A DNA stretch of 64,000 bases from Naegleria gruberi (lineage: Eukaryota): assembly GCA_000004985.1 (NCBI GenBank), contig GG738849.1; one strand, given 5' to 3'. The notes under the pieces were generated by a model. The model had not been told where the DNA came from, made no database searches, and saw only the letters and a program-made list of their open reading frames with translations. Below, piece after piece: positions 55,775 to 64,000 of the stretch. Each line of letters starts with the position of its first letter. The first letter of the stretch is position 1. Position numbers and translations under genes: made by a program.

Positions 55775-56779
55775 TTATGAGTAAACCTTCTTTACAATAA
55801 TTCTATCAGATGGATGAGATTTGTTTCCCATTTCCCAAGTATAGGAAACGGCACATGCAAGATATTCACCACTAGTACTAAAAGTCAATACAGCAATGCT
55901 TGTACTATAGGGTGCTGAACGAGAAACCCTCCTCTTCTTATCCTTATCCCAGAACATTAATACACCATCACAACCACCTGTTACAAATATATTTGGATGT
56001 CTTGGATTGAAATCAATAGTATTGACTGGATAGAGTGTTTCTACAGCTTGTTGTCCTGTTTGACTTCTGTGACATTTGAAAGCATAATTCGAATTTGAAT
56101 TGTTAAAGTATTCTACTGCTACTCTTCCTTCAATAGATCCGATAGCATAAGAATTATTGTCACCAAAACACTTGACAACTCTGGTTTGATACTTCAATCC
56201 ACTTTGCTTTCTAATATGTAAGGAGAGAGGTTGATTGGAATCTTTTTGAATATGCACAATGAATATGAGCAAGTCTTGGGATGCTACCACCAATTTAGAT
56301 CCATCAGGAGTGACATCCATGCTGTAGACCTTTTTGGTCAGGTCCAAGGTCTGTATGCATGTATTCTGTTGAGTATCCCAGAGCTTGATTGTTCCATCCC
56401 AACTTCCAGTTATGATTTTCTCTGGTGTTCCAGGAATTGTTGAAATACACTTGATAGCACTCTTGTGAAAATCAGGAAATGTTCCAATCACACTTTGTTC
56501 TCCACTCTTCATATTGTATTTGACCAATTTTCCGTCCAAACCAGCACTAAATGTACACTCCTCACCATTAGAAAAACATCCACACAATACACTTGTCTGA
56601 TGTTCATACTTGGTAACTAAAGAGTTGGATTTGACATTGTAAATTCTAACGGATTTATCCCAACTTGTAACCAGTAGCAAATCATGATTCAAGGTTGAAA
56701 AATTTAGGCTAGAAATGCCATCTGTTGGTGGATCGTGCAAGTCAAAGCCTTCCTCTGTAATGAGTTGTTGTGAAGACAT
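55775..56779 (-). CDS. bub3: Mitotic checkpoint protein BUB3 (WD40), 334 aa, intronless
   Basis: Collinear with human BUB3. [30 protein letters not shown] compared with [63 protein letters not shown] compared with [40 protein letters not shown] and YPVNTIDF are conserved. Confidence 0.9.
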   Translation of the reverse strand: [334 protein letters not shown]

Positions 56780-56793
56780 TTTTTTGTTAAATT

Positions 56794-56806
56794 TTGTGGC
56801 GGGAAT
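56794..56806. promoter_or_regulatory. E2F-like TTGTGGCGGGAAT 15-30 bp upstream of the BUB3 ATG (gene on the minus strand)
   Basis: GGCGGGAA core identical to the CEP120-like promoter site; located just beyond the BUB3 start codon at 56779. Confidence 0.4.
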
Positions 56807-56932
56807 AAAACAAAGCCTTGTTGTTTAAAAGCAAGCCTGTGTGAATGAGAAAAGGAGTGTGTTGCATTGGAGAAATGATGAAGGCTACTTGTTTGAACAA
56901 ATCCTTTTTATTATCAAGTTATTAAAAATCAA

Positions 56933-57739
56933 TTAAATACAATTTTCTCTAGATGGTTGTGAAATTGGTAATGTACGATGTGTCTTGAGGTTGCTCTTGC
57001 ACTTAAAGTTGGCACTATCTTCAACATACTTGACTTGATGATTGATAATCTTTGGTACTTTGTGTACTTGTGTGCCTGGAATTCTCTTGACTGGTAAAAT
57101 ATCCTTTTCCATAGCTTGTTGTTCTCTCTTCTTTTGTCTATCTATTCTACTCATTTGAGCATTTGCAACATTTCTTCCGTGCTTCAAACGAACAATTGGA
57201 TCCTTCACGAATGGTTCCTCTCCTTCAAAGTGGAATTGAAGTTCTGTTTGTTTGGAAATATCAGCAAGACGTGGAGCAACAACAATATATTTTCTATCAT
57301 ATACTTCATCATGAACAAATTGAACCCAACCATCTCTCAAAGCATGAAGAGTGTAATCCTTTCCTTGAAGAACATTGTATCCTGGCCAATATGTATTTCC
57401 TCTTTGTCTAATAAGAATTTCTCCAGCTTTAACTCTTTCTCCTTGTCTTCTCTTTAAACCTAATCTCTTGGAGTGAGAGTCTTTGGTTTTACTTGTAGAA
57501 CCACCACTCTTCTTGGAAGCGAAACGAAGTTGTGTTTGTTGTTGAGAAATAGAATTAATCAAAAATTGTGAAGTTGATGATGTGGTAGATGATGTTAATG
57601 ATGATGTATTGACTGAGAGTTGGGAGAATAATAAACCCGTGCTATTCAAACGTGGTTTATTAAACACGGAGAGAAGTGACGAGGAACAAAATTTCTTCAT
57701 TTTTTTAAAGAAATAAAAAAATTTAAAATTTATTTTCAA
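56933..57739 (-). CDS. Mitochondrial ribosomal protein bL27m with an N-terminal presequence and a C-terminal extension
   Basis: Core [68 protein letters not shown] compared with bacterial bL27 [63 protein letters not shown]. The start is either ATG 57739 or 57702. Confidence 0.8.
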   Translation of the reverse strand: MKINFKFFYFFKKMKKFCSSSLLSVFNKPRLNSTGLLFSQLSVNTSSLTSSTTSSTSQFLINSISQQQTQLRFASKKSGGSTSKTKDSHSKRLGLKRRQGERVKAGEILIRQRGNTYWPGYNVLQGKDYTLHALRDGWVQFVHDEVYDRKYIVVAPRLADISKQTELQFHFEGEEPFVKDPIVRLKHGRNVANAQMSRIDRQKKREQQAMEKDILPVKRIPGTQVHKVPKIINHQVKYVEDSANFKCKSNLKTHRTLPISQPSRENCI

Positions 57740-57817
57740 TATTGATTATTTGAGGAAACATTTTTGATAAGGTTTGTGTAGATTGATTTCTTTTAATTTG
57801 AGCTAGATTTATTAGAT

Positions 57818-60800
57818 TTACCAGTACAAATTTTTGATTTTCAAGTACTTGACCAACAATTTTCTCATTTCATTGACAAAGAGTACCATAAACATCCACG
57901 GAAGAGGATACAACCATGAATCAACTGTTACAGGTCTAAAGCCGAAAATAGCATCATTAATGAACGGAACATAAATCAAAAAGGCAGAAAGAGCAATAGC
58001 AACCACAGCGCCAAGATAGATGTACAAATTGGAGAATAATGGGAAAGTAAATACAAATTCTCTTCTAGTTCTGCAGGAGTACATGTTGACAATTTGACAC
58101 AAAACAATACATAAAAAGTAACTTGTTTGAGCAGTAACCAAAATGTTGCTTTGATCCACTCCACTTAGAGTAATTCCAGTTTCTACAATAAACAATGGTG
58201 TTGATGAAGTGTTTTGGAAATAATTGCCTTGTCTAGCAGCCCACAAATACCTTGGGGGAACTCCATAAAATGCAAATGTGAATATAAAACAAAATATGCC
58301 ACCAAGTGATTCAATTAAACCAGAAACGAGATAACAGAACATGAGTTCAGGAATTCCAATTAGTGACTGCAATTTGTTTCTTGGTGGAATACTCATTAAA
58401 TCATTTTCTGCTTTTTCATAGGCGAGACAAATAGAAGATGCTACTTCAGTACCCAAATCGAGACAAATCATTTGCAAACCTGTCATTGGTACAGGAATAC
58501 CAAAGAACATGAAAGCAATAAATGAAGACATTTCAGGCAAGTTATGGCTTACTGTGTAAACAAGACTCTTCTTTAAATTGTCAAAAATCAATCTACCTTC
58601 TTGAATTCCGTTTACAATTGATGCAAAGTTATCATCCAACAAGATAAGGGCAGCAGCTTCTTTAGAGACAGCAGAACCACTCAAGTTCATTGCAACACCA
58701 ATGTCAGCCTTTTTGAGAGCTGGAGAATCGTTTGTTCCATCTCCTGTTACGGCCACAATATGACCATATTCTTGGAATTTGGAAACAATAAACAACTTTT
58801 GTTGTGGAGAAGTTCTAGCAAATACCAACTGCTTAATTTTCATAATTCCTTTCCAATCTTCATTAGTCAATTGATCTATTTGTTCTCCATGGATAACCAT
58901 AGCTTCAGGTTGAGAGCCATAATTCTGTTCATCCATTTCGTCCAGTATGAGCGCTTTTTGTTCTATGATACCCACTTGTTTGGCAATGGCTTTTGCAGTG
59001 AGAGGGTGATCTCCAGTGACCATGACTACTTGAATACCTCCAGTTTTACACTTGGCAACAGCTTCAGTTACTCCTACCTTTGGAGGATCAGTCAATGCTA
59101 CCATTCCCAAAAATGTCAAATTTTTGGCAAAATCTCTGATATTATCAATATCTCCAGATGGAATTTGTGACTTTGAAATGCTAGTTTGGGCAAATGCCAA
59201 AACTCTACAACCTTTTGATGCAAAAAAGTCATAAGAATCTTGAAAGTTGTTTCTCCAGTTCTCATCCATATCATATTCAACACCAGATATTAAAATTTTG
59301 GAACAAAGAGAAGCAATTCTTTCAGGGGCTCCCTTCATTAACAATAGAGCGTCATCGTTAGGTTGATTAGGAATCTCGTTGATAGTAAGCATCCACTTAT
59401 TCTTTGAACTAAAAGGAATACAATAGAGTTCTTCATGATCTTTTCTAATGCTTTTAAGACTGGCCTTTCCTCTGGATTCTACATACTTAATGAGAGCAAT
59501 TTCTGAGGCATCTCCAAGACATTCTCTTTTCATGATTGGAGTGTTTAAATTTGCTTCATTTTCAAGGAATGTGGCTGTACTACACAAGCTGCAAGCTCTT
59601 TGCAACAACTCTTCAGTAGATAAATTTTGAGGAGCATTACTAGAAGCACCATTGGTTGAAGTCGCGCTTGTGGAGTTATCCATATTGTATGGAATGGTGA
59701 TAACTGAAGAATCAATCCATGCTTCAACAACGGTCATCTTATTTTGTGTGAGTGTTCCAGTCTTGTCAGAACAAATGACTGAAACAGAACCCAATGTTTC
59801 CACATGATCCAGTTTCTTGACAACAATGTTAACCTCTTTCAAACGTTGTGCAGAGATTGAAAGACATGTGGTCACAGTAGCAATTAAACCTGCAGGGATG
59901 CAACCAGTAATTACACCAACTAAAGATGACAGTACTTAGTATTGTATGATGAAATTTGATAACTTACTGCAAAAAATAAAGCTCTGAAACCATGTGAAAC
60001 CAAAGCTCATACATACACAAAAGAAAATAATGCAACAAACAATAGCAATGGTTCCCAATATGAAAACAAATTTGTCAATTTCTCTTCTGATAGGTGTTTT
60101 TCTTTCCTTTTGACCACCTGCCAAGTGAGCAATTTTTCCCATAACTGTCTTGTTTGCTGTTCTAATTACAATTCCAAAACCAAATCCTTCGACAACAGTA
60201 GATCCAAAAAATAGTAAATTAGATGCTTCCAATGGGTTAGGAGCAGTATTTTCAATGGTTCTAGTTTGAGGATCTGATTCTCCAGTCAAAGTACTATTGT
60301 CTACCTTCATACCAGAACTACTGACACATCTTAAATCTGCTGGGATCAAATCACCTGTTGAAATTTTAACAACATCACCAAGGACCAAATCTTCAGCATC
60401 AATCTTTTGTAAAATACCATCTCTAATAACCCAACACGAATTCTTTTGTAACTGTTGAAAACTCTCAATAATTTTCTCTCCCTTTCTTTCTTGAACTAAT
60501 GTTACAATAGCATTGAATAAAACAACCACAAACAATATCAATCCAAGGAAAATATTTGGAATGGATTCAGGTGTTCTTTCGATGATGACGTCAAGAATAC
60601 TCAAAAAACCAGCAATAATCAATACCAAAGAGAATGGAGAAAGAAGTTCCTTGATAACTTTAACTATGAATAAAGTTCTCTTCGGAGGAGCCAGAATATT
60701 CTTACCATCAGTCAACAATCGTTCGGAAACAATTTTAGAGGACAAGCCTTGAGAGTTTTCAGGATGGTGAACATCAAAATTCGTGTCTAAGGACTCAACT

Positions 60801-60979
60801 ATGGAATCAATAGTAAGTAAATGTTCTTTAATATCAACAGCTTTACGAGAAGTCTTTTTTGAGACTTTAACATTCGTCTTGCTTTGAGCAATGACGATAT
60901 CAGTTGATTGTCATGCTTCCACATATAGAGCATTTTGGTTATCGATTGTGGTCGATACCTCCGACGATTCGTGAATCAT
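57818..60979 (-). CDS. P-type ATPase type IIC (Na+/K+ or H+/K+ ATPase alpha-subunit family). Exons (minus strand): C-terminal exon 59919-57818, 48-nt intron, exon 59968-60876, and a putative 21-nt initiator exon 60979-60959
   Basis: Motifs ICSDKTGTLTQNKMTV (phosphorylation site), MVTGDHPLTAKAIAKQVGII, FARTSPQQKLFIVSKFQEYGHIVAVTGDGTNDSPALKKADIGVAMN, DDNFASIVNGIQEGRLIFDNLKKS and LTGESDPQ. A GTAAGT..TTTAG intron joins ...FIFC to IGVITGCIPAGLIATVTTCL. The frame upstream of MSSKIV stays open to 60910 without an ATG, so the initiator exon (MIHESSE, 82-nt intron) is speculative. Confidence 0.8.
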
Positions 60980-61510
60980 TGTTGTATGTAGGTACTATTA
61001 CTAATAACGATACAGGTAACAAGACAATAAATTTTTTTTTTCAAAATTTTTCTTCAACGCCCATGATTTTTTCAAAGTACGTGGTAATTAATTTAATCGG
61101 GAGGTATTACCATCTTGGTTGTCCATATTGGTTAATTACAATAAAACGAGAGGAAGGGAACATGCTTCAATTTTTAAGGCCATAATTTCAATAGTAAAGT
61201 TCCCGTGTTGGGTTTTTGGTCAATGTTAACATTCAATATCTTGTTAAGAAGGAAAACAATTCCTTTAAGATAACAATCCAGGATAACAAAATAATGTATT
61301 TTTTTGACAACATCGTACTGCAGAGTTGTCTTGACTATTCACAGATGTAAAATGAAAACAAGGCCGAAAATTTACAATGAAAGCATTAGCAGTGTAACGG
61401 TATCACACCAGCCTTCCAAGCTGGTGACTTTAGGCTAATGCAAATCCTTTTACTAAAAACCCAAAACATCATTTTAATACTGTTTCTTTTCAAATGTTAG
61501 CATTAATTTA

Positions 61511-62284
61511 TTAAAGAAGAATAGCATTAACAAAATCCATGCCTGTTGGAACTTCAATTCTCTGCCTATTCATATTGGTATTTTTCATTCCTTCTATTGA
61601 GAGAGGATTACAATCTCTGTTGTTCCATCTTTCAAATAGCTTTTTCTTTCTGTATTCTTGATTGACAAGTTTGGATTGAGTCAAAACATGAGCCAATTCC
61701 TTCTCCGATCTCTCTAACTTTTCCTTAAAGCTTGAAGTATCCATAGAGTACAATCGCATAATATCTGCCATGTCAATAGGTTTTGTTTCAATATTAGCAA
61801 GCTTTGGTTGTTCCACTAATTGTAAAACTGGAGAAATCAATGATTCATCCTCTTCCCTTCTAGTATGTTCTTGGACAACTCTACTGGGAGGGGATAACAA
61901 TGATTCATGGCTGTCTTTTCTATTGTTTTTTGGGGGAATTTGTTTCTTCTCTTGTTTTTCTTTTAGGGGTGATGAAACTCTTTCCATCCCACTTTCAACC
62001 TTAACTTCTAGAGCTGGGGTTGAATCCGAAACACCTTCCTTCTGTGTTTGCTTCTCAATAATTGGTTTCCAAAGCCTTCTTCTTGCATTGATAAACCAAT
62101 TGTTCACCTGAACAAGTGTTAGCGAGGTTTCCTCTGCCAAGACAGCCTTCTCCTCTTCCGAAGGATACGGATGTTGAAAGTGTAAAAAAAGCCAATTCTT
62201 CAAATGCTCAACAGCCTCCTTAGGTAATGTACCTCTCGATTGTTTAACCATTTTCTGTATTGATTGTTGATTGAATGATGACAA
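61511..62284 (-). CDS. TALE-class (three-amino-acid loop extension) homeodomain transcription factor, 257 aa
   Basis: Homeodomain TLPKEAVEHLKNWLFLHFQHPYPSEEEKAVLAEETSLTLVQVNNWFINARRRLWKP, with PYP in the loop and WFINARRR in helix 3, both typical of MEIS/PBX/KNOX-type TALE proteins. Confidence 0.8.
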   Translation of the reverse strand: MSSFNQQSIQKMVKQSRGTLPKEAVEHLKNWLFLHFQHPYPSEEEKAVLAEETSLTLVQVNNWFINARRRLWKPIIEKQTQKEGVSDSTPALEVKVESGMERVSSPLKEKQEKKQIPPKNNRKDSHESLLSPPSRVVQEHTRREEDESLISPVLQLVEQPKLANIETKPIDMADIMRLYSMDTSSFKEKLERSEKELAHVLTQSKLVNQEYRKKKLFERWNNRDCNPLSIEGMKNTNMNRQRIEVPTGMDFVNAILL

Positions 62285-62585
62285 TGATTATTATTTTTAC
62301 TATTACAAATCAGTGATGAAAAAATGAGTAAGGAATATATTTTTCAAAACTGCCTTAAAACTCTGCTATTTTTTTTTGTAGTTAAGTTTTGGAGGCAGTA
62401 TTTGAACAAGCTGCTGCTTGCCACAATATATAAAAATAACATTTGACATTAAGGTGCTTTGTAATATTTTGACTTTCACCAACCACAAAAGCATTTCATT
62501 CCGATCGCACAAAATAACCGCACAACATTTTCCATGTCATCACACATTCAATAATAATTAAATTAAAAATCAACCAGATAAAAAA

Positions 62586-64000
62586 ATGATCAGCAGTAAT
62601 ATTTCAAATCCTTACTCAGGATCATCAAATATTGTTGTTTCCTCTCCTCCAACAACAACCACCACTTCTAGTAAAAATCAAAAATTATATGATGTAACTA
62701 TTTTCGGAGCAACAGGTTTTACCGGAACTCTCATCACAAGATACTTGATTCAGAGATTGAGTTCTCTTGTTGAGAGTGATTCGGATTTAATGGTGAGTGG
62801 AAGAAGATTTTGTATTGCTGGTAGAAATGAGAGTAGATTGAATGAACTTGTCATGGCACACAATATTAAAATGTCAGACAAGGGAAGAAAAGATTTAATA
62901 ATTGACGTTGCAGTGATTAGTAAAGTCGAAAAGGGACCAAAGTTATTAGAATTGACAGGCAATACAAAGGTTTTACTAAATGTTGCTGGACCGTTTATTG
63001 CTTGTGGTGGATTGGAAATTGTTGATAGTTGTGTAGAGACTGGAACTGATTATTTGGACATTACTGGTGAACCAGAATATGTACTTGAATCTGCTCAAAA
63101 ATTCCACGACAAGGCACGTGAAAACAATGTCAAGATTATTCACTGTTGTGGTTTTGATAGTATTCCTGCTGATTTGGGAACAAACATCTCCTTGTTTCAT
63201 GTAAAGAACAAATTGGAAGAATTGGGAATTTCACAAACTGACAAGACAACAATTGTGACAAATGGGTATTTGTCACTCAACTTGCCAGGTTTTGTGAGCT
63301 ATGGAACTTTTAATACTCTTGTTACATCATTGGAAAATTATAGTGTTTTCAGTGGAAAGAAAACAAGTGAAAAAATTGTACAAAAGACAAGTGACAAGAA
63401 GGGATCATATAGTAAGAGAGGAACCCAATATCATGCAGGATTGCAAAACTATATTGTACCATTTTCAACTTCAGATCCACTCATTGTTAGAAGATCGAAT
63501 CACTTGATTGGCTATGATACATCCCTTTCTGAAAATACTGAAAATACTTTCGAGTATAACAATTACTTACAACTTTCCAACCGCTACTATTTATTCTTAA
63601 TGATCATCTTCTTCATGATCATGTTCATTTGTACAAGACTTTCATTTGGAGCTAGGTTTTTAAGATTCTTGTACTCTTTAAAGCCAAATCCAACCCAAAA
63701 GGAAAGAGATGAGAGTAGTTTTGAATTTGTTTTTGAAACTTTTGGTAAGGTAACACCAGCAAACTCCACCGATCCAGTCCTGTTCAAATGTAAGACCAGA
63801 ATGTACAATAATAATGATCCAGGATATACAGAAACAGCAGTTTATTGCTTAGATAGTGCTCTCTTCTTGCTGAATAATTCAAATGCTGCCAGGTCTAATC
63901 CAGGTGTTTTGACTCCAAGTAGTGTATTTGGTGTGGAGCAATGTAAAGAGGAATATTTGAGATGTTTAGGACAACATACAACCTTAAAATTCGATTTTGT
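62586..64000 (+). CDS. Saccharopine dehydrogenase-like oxidoreductase (SCCPDH family), N-terminal about 470 aa; the 3' end runs beyond the window
   Basis: Uninterrupted + frame from ATG 62586 to the window end, absent from the ORF track because it has no stop. Rossmann motif YDVTIFGATGFTGTLITRYL, then IAGRNESRLNEL, VLLNVAGPF and a central hydrophobic segment, as in SCCPDH proteins. Confidence 0.75.
   Translation, partial: MISSNISNPYSGSSNIVVSSPPTTTTTSSKNQKLYDVTIFGATGFTGTLITRYLIQRLSSLVESDSDLMVSGRRFCIAGRNESRLNELVMAHNIKMSDKGRKDLIIDVAVISKVEKGPKLLELTGNTKVLLNVAGPFIACGGLEIVDSCVETGTDYLDITGEPEYVLESAQKFHDKARENNVKIIHCCGFDSIPADLGTNISLFHVKNKLEELGISQTDKTTIVTNGYLSLNLPGFVSYGTFNTLVTSLENYSVFSGKKTSEKIVQKTSDKKGSYSKRGTQYHAGLQNYIVPFSTSDPLIVRRSNHLIGYDTSLSENTENTFEYNNYLQLSNRYYLFLMIIFFMIMFICTRLSFGARFLRFLYSLKPNPTQKERDESSFEFVFETFGKVTPANSTDPVLFKCKTRMYNNNDPGYTETAVYCLDSALFLLNNSNAARSNPGVLTPSSVFGVEQCKEEYLRCLGQHTTLKFDF

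Noticed and set aside
60940-60975. Small inverted repeat ATCGATTGTGGTCGAT and tRNA-like GGTCGATACC in the ATPase upstream region
   Set aside because: Only a 5-bp stem with no acceptor, D- or anticodon-arm architecture. It overlaps the putative initiator exon and looks like chance.
60904-61185. 93-aa + strand ORF in the spacer upstream of the P-type ATPase
   Set aside because: Hydrophobic, low-complexity translation. It overlaps the region where the ATPase 5' exon and promoter must lie, with no recognisable domain. Most likely non-coding.
1-64000. Prokaryotic interpretation (operons, defence systems, CRISPR arrays)
   Set aside because: The window has spliceosomal GT..AG introns that restore conserved protein motifs, and its products are eukaryote-specific (histone H3 variant, PCNA, BUB3, IFT20, ATG2, MON2). 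It has poly-N/Q coding microsatellites and monocistronic genes on alternating strands. No direct-repeat/spacer array is present.

Overview
This is an AT-rich (about 65-68% AT) nuclear window from a unicellular eukaryote, not a prokaryote. It is gene-dense, with about 29 protein-coding genes on both strands. Many genes are intronless; the rest have very short canonical GT..AG introns of about 42-86 nt, with GTAAGT or GTATGT donors. Stop codons are standard (TAA, TGA, TAG). Convergent genes often end within 0-12 bp of each other. Proteins carry Dictyostelium-like poly-N/Q/S low-complexity tracts. The window nevertheless encodes IFT20 and a CEP120-like centriolar C2 protein, so the source organism builds centrioles and cilia or flagella. 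Products I recognise from the translations are MON2 (partial), a CEP120-like protein, DPM1, a mitochondrial CDF transporter, ATG2, PCNA, ADAT1, a Rad5/16-lineage SNF2 ATPase, a CenH3-like histone H3 variant, a FIGL1-type AAA ATPase, a divergent eIF4A-like helicase, ASH2 (SPRY), SLC35E3, an ABCG half-transporter, a Trk/HKT K+ transporter, IFT20, an actin-related protein, an MhpD-like hydratase, an F-box/LRR protein, BUB3, bL27m, a Na/K-type P-type ATPase, a TALE homeodomain protein and an SCCPDH-like oxidoreductase (partial). Several ORFs remain orphans. I found no rRNA, canonical tRNA, CRISPR array, transposon or prokaryote-style defence cassette. The strongest non-genic signal is a recurrent composite E2F-like motif (ATCGA, then 3-10 nt, then TGGCGC or GGCGGG) immediately upstream of the PCNA, CEP120-like, FIGL1-like, BUB3, IFT20 and two other genes. 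Other points of interest are a CenH3 with a C-terminal tail, an ABCG and a DEAD-box paralogue with degenerate catalytic motifs, a bacterial-type MhpD hydratase with a mitochondrial-like presequence, and a reading-frame break in ADAT1. The ORF track appears to use bacterial alternative start codons and ignores introns, so several of its start coordinates are artefacts. All coordinates for spliced genes are hand-derived and approximate.
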